Positions 47,114 to 56,162 of a stretch of DNA of 64,000 nucleotides are shown in pieces. Position numbers and translations under genes: made by a program. The DNA is taken from positions 67,360-131,359 of the forward strand of contig JAJYNN010000003.1 of NCBI GenBank assembly GCA_021786315.1, written 5' to 3'. How positions within the stretch are numbered: the stretch's first letter is position 1; every line of letters begins with the position of its first letter. The notes beneath the pieces are model-generated. The model made no database searches and was not told the DNA's origin. It saw only the letters and a list, made by a program, of their open reading frames with translations. This DNA comes from a bacterium. Its GTDB lineage: Bacteria; Patescibacteriota; Microgenomatia; Daviesbacterales; UBA10151.

Positions 47114-49218
47114 GCTTCAGCAGTGCCGCCTTGGGCGGAAAAATATTCATCAGCGTTTCTGACTAGTACATCCCGAGGCTTACTGCCCTCACCCGGACCG
47201 ATTATCCCTGCCGCTTCCAACTCATCAATAATTCTCGCTGCCCGGGCATAACCTACCCGAAGTCTCCTTTGAAGCAAAGAGGCTGAAGCCCGGTCATACT
47301 GGCAAACTGTCCGGACTGCTTCCTCAAATAAATCATCCTGGTCTCCGGAATCCCCACCCTTGCCGCCTACCCGACCGATAGGCATTTCGGTAACCTCAGC
47401 AGTATACGAAGGGGCAATTCCCAAATCCTTAAGGAATTTAATTAAAGCGTTAATTTCTGCGTCAGAGACATAGACACCCTGGATACGCATTGGCTTGGAA
47501 GCATCCGGCGGCAGGAATAACATATCTCCTTTACCCAGCAATTTTTCCGCTCCCGGCTGATCAATAATGACACGGGAATCAATCATTGAGGAAACGTTAA
47601 AGGCAATACGGCAAGGAATATTAGCCTTAATTAAACCGGTGATAACATCAACCGAAGGACGCTGAGTGGCCACCACCAAGTGGATACCGGTTGCCCGGGC
47701 AAGTTGGGCAATACGGGTAATGGTATCCTCAACCTCGACCGGAGCAAACATCATTAAATCAGCCAACTCATCAATGAAAATCACAATATTAGGCAAAGCC
47801 TGAAAACCGGACATCTCGTTATAACCCTGGATATTACGGACACCCACGGATTGGAATAATTTATACCTTCTGTCCATCTCCGCTGTTGCCCACTTCAAAG
47901 AGGAAAGAATCTTCTCCGGCTCGGTAATGACCGGAGTTAAAAGATGGGGGATACCGTTAAATCCGGAAAGTTCGACCCTTTTTGGATCAATTAGTATCAG
48001 CTTTAACTCTTCCGGAGAATTTCTAAAAAGTAGGGTGGTGATAAAAGTATTTATCAGGATAGATTTTCCTGACCCGGTGGTACCGGCAATCAAACAGTGT
48101 GGCATCTTGGCAATATCTACAATTATTGGCTTAGAGGCAGTGTCTCTTCCCAAAGCTACTGCCAACTTTGATTTGTTCTTAAGCATCTCGTCTGCAGTCA
48201 TAATTCCCTTAAGACCAACAACCTCCAAAGATCTGTTTGGCACTTCAATACCCACTAAAGATTTACCCGGGATTGGGGCTTCAATACGGACTGTACCGGT
48301 CGGAGTAGCCAAAGCCAAAGCAATATCGTGTTGTAAGTTGGCAATTTTAGCAATCTTGGTTCCGGCAGAGATTTCCAAAGCGTATTGAGTCACCGATGGA
48401 CCACCATTCACCTCAGCCACCCGGGCTCCGATACCAAAAGAATCGAGAGTTTTTTCAATCAAAGCGGCACTCTTTTTAACATCCCCCCGTTCCGCCGGAG
48501 CTCCGATCTTATCGGAAAGCAAAGCCGTCGGAGGGTATTTCCAAATCCTGCTGCCGCCGGCAGCATTTTTAACCAGCTCATCGGCAATGATTGTCTCAGG
48601 TACGGCAGCCGTTTTTGGAACAACTCTAGGCCTGTCATCCACTCCGGAAACCCTGATTGGGATCTTCCGCGCCTCAAACGTTTCCCCTCTCTGAAGTAGC
48701 CCGGAAATAGGCGAAAGGACCCTACCCAATCCGGCAAATCCTCCCGCGAGTATCGACATTACTTGGGACAAAGAGGTATTAAACAAAACCACCAAACCAA
48801 CTAATAAAACCCCCACCAATACTGCGAAGGCTCCCAGACCGGTTACCAGTGATGTTAGCTCAGATCCAATTAAATTTCCCAGCTCTCCCGCCTTACTGGG
48901 AACAAATATCGAGGTTATACCTGAAAGGGCAACTACAGCACTCAAAAGTCCGACTAAAACATTCGGCTGGGCAAATGCCCATTTGAACTTCTGCAAAACT
49001 AAACCGGCAACTAAAAATATTAAGGGAGAAAAAATTGATACCCAACCCAAATTACCTTCCAAAAATTCCCGCCAAAAAACCAGCTTTGAGGATTCAGTCA
49101 AAATGGAAACACCGGACAAAGCAGCCAACACAAAGGAAACAAGGGTAGCCACAGTTACAACAGTCTTTTGGCGGAGTTTTAACTTAGGCAGTGAATAAGC
49201 GGATCTTCTTCTGGGCAT
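47110..49218 (-). CDS. ftsK: DNA translocase FtsK/SpoIIIE
   Basis: Four TMs, MPHCLIAGTTGSGKS, IDPKRVEL, ATQRPS, gamma domain SLLQRRLRVGYARAARIID. Confidence 0.98.
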   Translation of the reverse strand: MPRRRSAYSLPKLKLRQKTVVTVATLVSFVLAALSGVSILTESSKLVFWREFLEGNLGWVSIFSPLIFLVAGLVLQKFKWAFAQPNVLVGLLSAVVALSGITSIFVPSKAGELGNLIGSELTSLVTGLGAFAVLVGVLLVGLVVLFNTSLSQVMSILAGGFAGLGRVLSPISGLLQRGETFEARKIPIRVSGVDDRPRVVPKTAAVPETIIADELVKNAAGGSRIWKYPPTALLSDKIGAPAERGDVKKSAALIEKTLDSFGIGARVAEVNGGPSVTQYALEISAGTKIAKIANLQHDIALALATPTGTVRIEAPIPGKSLVGIEVPNRSLEVVGLKGIMTADEMLKNKSKLAVALGRDTASKPIIVDIAKMPHCLIAGTTGSGKSILINTFITTLLFRNSPEELKLILIDPKRVELSGFNGIPHLLTPVITEPEKILSSLKWATAEMDRRYKLFQSVGVRNIQGYNEMSGFQALPNIVIFIDELADLMMFAPVEVEDTITRIAQLARATGIHLVVATQRPSVDVITGLIKANIPCRIAFNVSSMIDSRVIIDQPGAEKLLGKGDMLFLPPDASKPMRIQGVYVSDAEINALIKFLKDLGIAPSYTAEVTEMPIGRVGGKGGDSGDQDDLFEEAVRTVCQYDRASASLLQRRLRVGYARAARIIDELEAAGIIGPGEGSKPRDVLVRNADEYFSAQGGTAEA

Positions 49219-49221
49219 AAT

Positions 49222-49290
49222 ATTAATTTTAAATTTTCAATTTTAAATTTTAAACATTATTTTAAAATTTGGATTTTAGATTCTAAAATT
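49222..49290. repeat. AT-rich inverted heptamer array in the ftsK 5' region
   Basis: ttttaaa-ttttcaa-ttttaaa-ttttaaa ... tttaaaa-tttggat-tttagat-tctaaaa. Confidence 0.55.
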
Positions 49291-49367
49291 ATAGTAATAT
49301 TATAACATACTTTGTAAAGACTATAAGCCTATTTACAAGCAGGCTTTCAAGCTCCGCTTATGGGATA

Positions 49368-51065
49368 TTACACTTCCACCACTACCGGTAAGATCATTGG
49401 GTGTCTTTGGGTTTCCCGGTAGAAGAAATCCTCCAGGCTCTCCTCTATATGTCTGCGGGCAAACCGCCAGTCCAATGCGCTTTCCGGGTGCTCATTCAAT
49501 GATTGCTCCACCACCCTTTTTGCACGTCCTAATAATTCCTCAGCTCCCTTTTCAAAAACAAACCCCCGGGAAATGATATCCGGTTCCCCTGCCACTTTAC
49601 TGGTTTGAGCATCCACCGGCACCACCACCAACACTATCCCCTCTTCCGCTAAAACCTTCCGGTCCCGTAAAACCACATTTCCCACATCCCCAATCCCTAA
49701 ACCGTCAACATAAACATTTTTGGCTTCCACCCGACCATTAACGGCCGCTTTACTGGGAGTCACCTCCACCACCCGGCCATCCTCAACCAAGAGTACCTTA
49801 TCATCACCATAACCTAGCTCCTCAGCCATTTTAGAAAAGGCCCTCATTCCCTTAAAAGTTGCCCCAATCGGCATCAGGTATTTAGGACGGACCAGGTTGA
49901 TCATCACCTTAATCTCTTCGGAAGCAGCGTGGCCGCCAACGTGCAAGGCGTCATTGACCGCCGTGTAATAAACATTAGCCCCAAATTTAGCGATTTTATC
50001 AATTAAAGCGTTCTGTGCCGACTCGGAAGAAGGGATGGGGTCAGCAGAAAATACTACCGCATCATCTTTTTTAATGGTCACAAAACGGTGGTCGTTATTG
50101 GCTGCCCGGGATAACGCCGAAGTTGGCTGGCCCTGGGAACCGGCAATAATTAGCAGCAGTTTGGCATCCGGAAAACGTTTAATCTCATCCGGGGCAATAA
50201 TGACCCCCGAGGGAACTTGCAGATAGCCTAAGTCCCGCGCCACTTGGAAATTTTGTTCCATTGAGCGGCCGATTAAAGCCACCCTTCTTCCTGCTTCCAC
50301 CGCCACGTTAATCGCCTGCTGGATGCGGCTGATGTTAGATGAGGCAGTTGTAATAATTACTTTCCCCCGTGTTTCGCTTTCAATTCTTTCAAAAGTTGGC
50401 TGGATAGTTCTTTCGGAAGGGTTATAACCGGGCTTTTCTGACCTTAGGGCATCGATCAGCATTAAGAGCACTCCCTTTTTCCCGACAGTGGCTACCGTTC
50501 CCACGTCAGGCGGTTGCCCGATAATGGGAGTCCAGTCGAGCTTAAAATCAGATTGGTGAACAATCCTGCCAACAGGAGTTTCAATGACTAAACCCGTAGC
50601 ATCCGGAACCGAATGTGATACCCGGTAGAAGGAAACTCTAAAAGCGCCCAGCTGCAATTCGGTATCTATATTCACTGTGTGGATGGCATTTTTCGGTAAG
50701 CGGTGCTCAGCAAATTTGGCGCCGATAAACCCGGCAGTCAGCTTTTGGGCATAAATTGGGGCTTTTAGCCGGGGCCATAGGTAAGGCAAGCCGCCAATAT
50801 GGTCATCGTGGCCGTGGCTAATCACAATTCCCCGGATTTTATTAAGTTTATCCTGAAGGTAAGTTACATCCGGAATCACTAAATCAATCCCCAACATAGC
50901 CTCATCCGGAAAACCAATGCCGCAATCGACAATAATAATATCATTGCCGTACTCATATACATACATGTTTTTGGTGACATCACCGACACCCCCCAAGGGG
51001 ATAATTTTTAGGGATTTCCCAACATTGGGCCGGTGTTCAAATTTTGGTTTAAATTTTATATCCAT
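49368..51065 (-). CDS. rnj: Ribonuclease J
   Basis: PLGGVGDVTKNM, HGHDDHIG, HSVPD, DFK.D, GSQG, HVGGHA. Confidence 0.96.
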   Translation of the reverse strand: MDIKFKPKFEHRPNVGKSLKIIPLGGVGDVTKNMYVYEYGNDIIIVDCGIGFPDEAMLGIDLVIPDVTYLQDKLNKIRGIVISHGHDDHIGGLPYLWPRLKAPIYAQKLTAGFIGAKFAEHRLPKNAIHTVNIDTELQLGAFRVSFYRVSHSVPDATGLVIETPVGRIVHQSDFKLDWTPIIGQPPDVGTVATVGKKGVLLMLIDALRSEKPGYNPSERTIQPTFERIESETRGKVIITTASSNISRIQQAINVAVEAGRRVALIGRSMEQNFQVARDLGYLQVPSGVIIAPDEIKRFPDAKLLLIIAGSQGQPTSALSRAANNDHRFVTIKKDDAVVFSADPIPSSESAQNALIDKIAKFGANVYYTAVNDALHVGGHAASEEIKVMINLVRPKYLMPIGATFKGMRAFSKMAEELGYGDDKVLLVEDGRVVEVTPSKAAVNGRVEAKNVYVDGLGIGDVGNVVLRDRKVLAEEGIVLVVVPVDAQTSKVAGEPDIISRGFVFEKGAEELLGRAKRVVEQSLNEHPESALDWRFARRHIEESLEDFFYRETQRHPMILPVVVEV

Positions 51066-51075
51066 AATTTTAAAA

Positions 51076-51160
51076 GATTTAAGAATATAGATTTAGGATT
51101 TAGGAATAAAAAAAGCCTTTTTACCGCATTCTTAATTCTTACATCTTAAATCCTAAATCC
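51076..51160. repeat. Inverted heptamer array (GATTTAG / CTAAATC) upstream of rnj
   Basis: gatttaa-gaatata-gatttag-gatttag-gaataaa ... ttcttaa-ttcttac-atcttaa-atcctaa-atcc. Confidence 0.75.
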
Positions 51161-52201
51161 CTAACTCAAATATTGTCCTATATTCTCCGCCGTTATTCTA
51201 TAGGGTCCGGGGTTACCCTCCACTGTAGCCTTGGCTACCTTGCGGACAATCTTTTCCACACTCCGCTGCAGTGATCTTACTCCGGCATCGTAGCCTAAAG
51301 GACGGACAACCTGGGGCCACAAGGGCTCATCAATGACAATTGTCCCGGGATTTAATCCGGCATCCTTCATCACCCTGGGCAAAATAAAGTCTTTGCCGAT
51401 GACTACCTTTTCATTGTCTGAGTAGGCCGGCATCTCCACTATTTCCAACCTGTCCATCACAGCTGTGGCAATATTGGCGGTGTTGTTGGCGGTGGCAATA
51501 AACAAAACTTTGGACAAATCAAAAGGGTAATCGACAAAATAGTCCAAAAACCCGCCGTTTTGCTCCGGGTCCAGCATCTCCACCAACACTCCCATAATAT
51601 CCGCCCGGGTTTCCACCGCTACCCGGTCAATTTCATCAAGTAAAACAATCGGGTTATTGACCCCTAAATCGTGGATAGTCTGCAAAACCCTTCCCGGCTC
51701 CGCCTCCATCTTTATCCGGGATTGGCCTTTAAGCTCACTTATTGATCCTAATCCCCCAAAAGGAATGCGGACAAGCTTTCGGCCTAACGCTTCGGCTATA
51801 GAATAAGCCAAAGAAGTTTTGCCGGATCCTACTAATCCAATAAAGGCTAAAACCGGGGACTTAGCCTGATGCCCCGCCCGGGCATTTAAGATCAGTACTG
51901 ATAAGTATTCCAAAATCCGGTCTTTGACCGGCTTTAAACCGTAGTGGTTGCGGTCTAAGATTTCCGCTGCCCGTTTAAGGTCTAAGATATCCTCGCTGGA
52001 TTTATGGAATGGCAAGGAAGCGACAAATTTTATGTAATTGAACTCCCGGTCAAACTCCAGGCGGTAACCGGAAACACTTACCGCCTTCTCTAAACGGGCT
52101 AATTGCTCGGAAAGCTTTTGGGCCAGATCAGAAGGAAGACCAGCTTGGTCAATTTGTAATTTTAGTTTGGAAAACTCGTTTCCACCTTGGGCAGGATCCA
52201 T
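51161..52201 (-). CDS. Lon-like AAA+ ATPase lacking the N-terminal and protease domains
   Basis: HYGLKPVKDRILEYL, GLVGSGKTS, NPIVLLDEID, LDPEQN..F.D, FIATAN, DRLE, GVRSL; ends before the Ser-Lys protease domain. Confidence 0.88.
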   Translation of the reverse strand: MDPAQGGNEFSKLKLQIDQAGLPSDLAQKLSEQLARLEKAVSVSGYRLEFDREFNYIKFVASLPFHKSSEDILDLKRAAEILDRNHYGLKPVKDRILEYLSVLILNARAGHQAKSPVLAFIGLVGSGKTSLAYSIAEALGRKLVRIPFGGLGSISELKGQSRIKMEAEPGRVLQTIHDLGVNNPIVLLDEIDRVAVETRADIMGVLVEMLDPEQNGGFLDYFVDYPFDLSKVLFIATANNTANIATAVMDRLEIVEMPAYSDNEKVVIGKDFILPRVMKDAGLNPGTIVIDEPLWPQVVRPLGYDAGVRSLQRSVEKIVRKVAKATVEGNPGPYRITAENIGQYLS

Positions 52202-52229
52202 AATTTTATTCTAACGAATTAAGATGAAG

Positions 52230-54485
52230 TTATCTACCTCGTCTGCCGCCACCAAAACCGCCACGTCCACCGCGATCACCCCGGTCAAATCCGCCGGAGC
52301 GGTTACCGAAAGGACGACGTCCACCACGATCCCTATCTCCGCCAAACTCTCTGCGTCCACCAAAACCACCACGGGATGGTTTACCTTCAGATTCCGGCTT
52401 CATGTCTTCACCAAAAAGCATAGATAAGCCAATCTTGCCTTGTTGATCAACATTAGTCACCCTGACTTTAACCTTTTGCCCTTCCGAAACAATGTCTTCC
52501 GGATTTTCAACATGTCCCGGAGCCATCTGGGAAACATGGACCAAACCGTCTTTACCGGGAGCAATCTCCACGAAAGCTCCAAAAGGAGCCAGGCGAACTA
52601 CTGTTCCTTCCATAACTTCACCAACCTCAAAGGTTTTAAACATCCCCTCAACCTCACCTAAGGCTTTTGCAATTGCTTCATCATCAGTTGATGAAACCAT
52701 TACTGTTCCGTCATCTTCAATATCGATTTGGGCACCGGTGCGGGCAATAATTCCGTTAATGTTCTTACCTCCGGGTCCAATAAGCATCCCAATCTCTTCC
52801 GGCTTAATATGGGTAATCTCAATCTTCGGAGCATACTTGGAAATCTCCCCGGCTTTTGGCTCTGCTTCATGCATCTTTTCCAAAATAAACTCGCGGGCAT
52901 GTTTTCCTTGTTTTAAGGCTTCCTCAATAATGGCAAAGGTTAAACCTTGTAACTTAGTATCCATCTGGATAGCGGTAATACCTTTGACGGTTCCGGTAAC
53001 TTTAAAGTCCATCTCGCCGTAAAAGTCTTCAGTAGCCTGCATGTCGGTAATAACCTGGAATTTCTCTTCATTGGACAAAAGCCCCATGGCAATACCTGCA
53101 ACCGGATTCTTCAAAGGAACACCAGCGTTAAGAAGTGCCAAGGTAGAGGCACAGGCAGAAGCCATGGAAGTAGAAGCATTAGCTGCTAAAACTTCGGAAA
53201 CGACCCGGATAGCGTAAGGAAATTCTTCCGTCGAAGGCAAAACTCCCAGGATTGCTTTTTCAGCTAAAGCACCGTGACCGATATCCCTTCGGTTAGGTGA
53301 ACCAATCTTTTTAGCCTCACCGGTTGAGAAAGGATTGATTCCCATGTTGTAGTGGTGCATATATCTTTTGGTAGATTCCCCGGTCATCCCTTCCAAGGTT
53401 TGGGATAAGGAAAGCGGGCCTAAGGTAGCAATTGATAAAACCTGGGTTCCGCCTCTTTGAAAGACTGCTGATCCATGGGTCCGGGGTAAAATTCCGGTTT
53501 CAATAGAAATCGGGCGGACTTCATCCATTGCCCGGCCATCAACTCTTTTACCCTTGTTCAGGATCGAGTCATTCATAATCTCTTTAGCCACCTTGTCAAA
53601 GATAGAAGAAACCATCTGGGCATCCAAAGTTTCAGCATACTTGGCTGCCAACTCGCTTTTGATCATGTCACCTGTCGCTTCATGCCAAGGGTGAGCAGTA
53701 TCGAATAGAGCAGCTTCAATTCTTGTTCGTGCCTCTTCTTTGACCTCTTTGAGTAATTTTTCATCAACAGCTTCCGCAACTGTGGTGTAAGTTTGTTTTT
53801 CCTTACCTGCCTCTTTGGCAAACTCGGAGATAAAAGCAATCATCTTTTGGGATTCTTTATGGGCTTTCTTAATTCCTTCCAAAACTACCTCATCCGGGGT
53901 TTCCTTACCTTCAGCCTCAATCATAACTACTTTTTCAGCTGTGGAGGCAACAAGAAGGGCCAGGTCAAAACTCTCCAACTCAGAAATTTCGGGATCAAAG
54001 GTATATTTCCCTTCTTTGTGACCAACCCGGACTAAATTTACGGGGCCAGCAAAGGGAACAGAGGAAATAGCTAAAGCCGCAGCGCTTCCCACAAAACCTA
54101 AGGTAGTGGGATCATTAACGCCATCATAAGACAAAACAGAGATTACAATTTGAACTTCATTACGGAAATCTTTGGGGAATAAAGGCCTAATGGAACGATC
54201 AATAGCTCTTCCTGCCAAAACTGCTGCATCAGAAGGTCGGGTTTCTCTTTTAATAAACTTCTGGGCGGTAATCCGACCACCGGCGTAATATTTTTCAACA
54301 TATTCAACGGAAAGTGGGAAATAACCACGGTCTTCCTTTAAAGGTTGGGTAGCTACAGTACAAAGCACAACAGTCTCACCCCAACGGGCCAAAACTGCAG
54401 CATCTGCCGCCTGGGCTAACTTGCCAGTCTCTAAAACTAGTTTTCGACCATGAAGATCGATCTCTTTTGTAACAACTTTTGACAT
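52230..54485 (-). CDS. pnp: Polyribonucleotide nucleotidyltransferase
   Basis: RVDGR, RTHGSAVFQRG, MDFKVTGT, KH and S1 domains, RG-rich tail. Confidence 0.98.
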   Translation of the reverse strand: MSKVVTKEIDLHGRKLVLETGKLAQAADAAVLARWGETVVLCTVATQPLKEDRGYFPLSVEYVEKYYAGGRITAQKFIKRETRPSDAAVLAGRAIDRSIRPLFPKDFRNEVQIVISVLSYDGVNDPTTLGFVGSAAALAISSVPFAGPVNLVRVGHKEGKYTFDPEISELESFDLALLVASTAEKVVMIEAEGKETPDEVVLEGIKKAHKESQKMIAFISEFAKEAGKEKQTYTTVAEAVDEKLLKEVKEEARTRIEAALFDTAHPWHEATGDMIKSELAAKYAETLDAQMVSSIFDKVAKEIMNDSILNKGKRVDGRAMDEVRPISIETGILPRTHGSAVFQRGGTQVLSIATLGPLSLSQTLEGMTGESTKRYMHHYNMGINPFSTGEAKKIGSPNRRDIGHGALAEKAILGVLPSTEEFPYAIRVVSEVLAANASTSMASACASTLALLNAGVPLKNPVAGIAMGLLSNEEKFQVITDMQATEDFYGEMDFKVTGTVKGITAIQMDTKLQGLTFAIIEEALKQGKHAREFILEKMHEAEPKAGEISKYAPKIEITHIKPEEIGMLIGPGGKNINGIIARTGAQIDIEDDGTVMVSSTDDEAIAKALGEVEGMFKTFEVGEVMEGTVVRLAPFGAFVEIAPGKDGLVHVSQMAPGHVENPEDIVSEGQKVKVRVTNVDQQGKIGLSMLFGEDMKPESEGKPSRGGFGGRREFGGDRDRGGRRPFGNRSGGFDRGDRGGRGGFGGGRRGR

Positions 54486-54498
54486 AAAACTTAATGAA

Positions 54499-54581
54499 GG
54501 TTTGAGGCTTTGGAAACTGTGGAAGAGGCAACTAGATAAAGCTATCTACCTCTTTGCAATCTCCAAAACACCTCTCAAACC
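54499..54581 (-). promoter_or_regulatory. Long imperfect hairpin in the pnp 5' UTR (putative processing/autoregulation stem)
   Basis: ggtttgagg/cctctcaaacc, tttgga/tccaaa, aagagg/cctctt, tagat/atcta; promoter TTGAGC-17-TATAAT at 54588-54616. Confidence 0.65.
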
Positions 54582-54604
54582 AAAACAATTATACCATTAA
54601 CTGA

Positions 54605-54874
54605 TTACTTGCTCAAGCCGAGCTTTTTAATCAGTTCTTGGTATCTTTCGTTATCCTTCTTTAGAAGGTATTGCAGAAGTCTCCTTCGGCGGTTAACCAT
54701 TGAAAGAAGTCCTCTTCGGGAATGAACATCATGAGTATGTTCCTTTAAGTGGTTGGTTAAGTTTTTGATCTGTTCAGTTAAAAGGGCTGCTTGAACTTCC
54801 GGAGAACCAGTATCACCCTTGTGGGTGGCAAACTCTTCAATAATTTGTTGTTTTGATTTAATGTCTAAAGGCAT
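54605..54874 (-). CDS. rpsO: 30S ribosomal protein S15
   Basis: [28 protein letters not shown]. Confidence 0.98.
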   Translation of the reverse strand: MPLDIKSKQQIIEEFATHKGDTGSPEVQAALLTEQIKNLTNHLKEHTHDVHSRRGLLSMVNRRRRLLQYLLKKDNERYQELIKKLGLSK

Positions 54875-54875
54875 A

Positions 54876-54975
54876 AGCCGTCACTAATCCTTCAGAACCA
54901 GCAGTATCTGTGTTCCAAAGGAAAGTCCTTTGTAATTTACTTGGCAATCTTAGCAGAAAAATAAGAATTTATCAA
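54876..54975 (-). promoter_or_regulatory. rpsO promoter and structured leader
   Basis: TTGATA-17-TAAGAT (54947-54975); leader stem UCCUUUGGAAC...GUUCUGAAGGA. Confidence 0.5.
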
Positions 54976-55020
54976 GGGCATACCTTGTGTACTAATTCAA
55001 CCTAAGCTAAAGTAGTATCA

Positions 55021-55845
55021 ATGTATCTCAAGTTTTTCTCAGAGATTAACAAAAACGATACTTCAGAGGTTGGAGGCAAAGGTGCGTCGCTTGGAGAGAT
55101 GACGAAAGTTGGAATCCCGGTTCCCCCGGGGTTTGCAGTGACCACAGAAACATACAAAGAGTTTCGCGATCAGGAATTACCAGTTGAGGTTAGGGATGAG
55201 ATTTTGGCAGCTTTTGATAAATTAGGAGCTGAGCGGGTTGCCGTCAGATCATCAGCAGTGGCCGAGGATTCTTCAGCTGCTTCCTGGGCTGGGCAATTAG
55301 AAAGTTATCTGAACACCACCAGGGATAATTTAATTGAAAATATTAGGAAATGTTGGGAATCCATAAAATCTGAGAGAGCTTTGGCTTATGCTGCTGAAAA
55401 AGATGTTCCGGAGGATAAACTTTTAGTAGCAGTAGTGGTCCAAAAAATGGTAGAAAGCGAAGTTGCCGGAGTGATGTTTACCATTAACCCCATCACCAAA
55501 GATCAAAACGAAGTTATGATTGAAGCGGGATTTGGCTTGGGTGAAATGTTGGTTCAAGGGATGATCACCCCGGATAACTTTGTGGTTGATAAAAATACTT
55601 TGGATATAAAAAGCATTGATATACAAACTCAGGAAACAATGCTGGTTTTTAAAGATGGAGAAAATAAAGAGGTTCCTTTGTCTAATGAGGAGGGTAGCAG
55701 ACAAACTCTGTCTCATGAACAAATCCGGAAACTAACTAAAATTGGCAAGAGGATCGAGGAACATTACGGTTTTCCCTGCGACATCGAATGGACCCTGGAA
55801 AAAGGTAATTTCTATATTGTCCAATCAAGGCCAATTACTGCCTGA
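55021..55845 (+). CDS. PEP/pyruvate-binding (ATP-grasp) domain of PEP synthase, stand-alone
   Basis: VGGKGASLGEM, VAVRSSA..ED...S.AGQ, GLGE..V.G, DIEW, QSRPIT followed directly by the stop; no phospho-His domain. Confidence 0.92.
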   Translation: MYLKFFSEINKNDTSEVGGKGASLGEMTKVGIPVPPGFAVTTETYKEFRDQELPVEVRDEILAAFDKLGAERVAVRSSAVAEDSSAASWAGQLESYLNTTRDNLIENIRKCWESIKSERALAYAAEKDVPEDKLLVAVVVQKMVESEVAGVMFTINPITKDQNEVMIEAGFGLGEMLVQGMITPDNFVVDKNTLDIKSIDIQTQETMLVFKDGENKEVPLSNEEGSRQTLSHEQIRKLTKIGKRIEEHYGFPCDIEWTLEKGNFYIVQSRPITA

Positions 55846-55895
55846 ATATTATTCAGGTGTACACACAGCTAAGGTAATGGATATTCAACAACGGT

Positions 55896-56156
55896 TCAGT
55901 GGCGGGGAGAGATTTCCAGAAGATCGGTTCCGCGCAAAGCCCAAGTGATCCCCACCAGAGTAACACCCAAACCTGCCAGAGCAATGGCTGAGTTATGGCT
56001 GACAGCATAAAACCCTAGGCTGCCCCCAAAAGTCGCGGCCGTTCCGGCCAAAATCCACTTTACATCAATATTCCTAATCTTATCGACAAACGACCAGGCG
56101 GGATTATCACCTTTTCCTTGTTCAGCTTTGCCTGTAATATTTTCTATACTGCTCAT
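55896..56156 (-). CDS. Small two-TM membrane protein
   Basis: 86-aa ORF with two hydrophobic segments, 6 nt downstream of the DHH-like gene. Confidence 0.6.
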   Translation of the reverse strand: MSSIENITGKAEQGKGDNPAWSFVDKIRNIDVKWILAGTAATFGGSLGFYAVSHNSAIALAGLGVTLVGITWALRGTDLLEISPRH

Positions 56157-56162
56157 TTTAAT

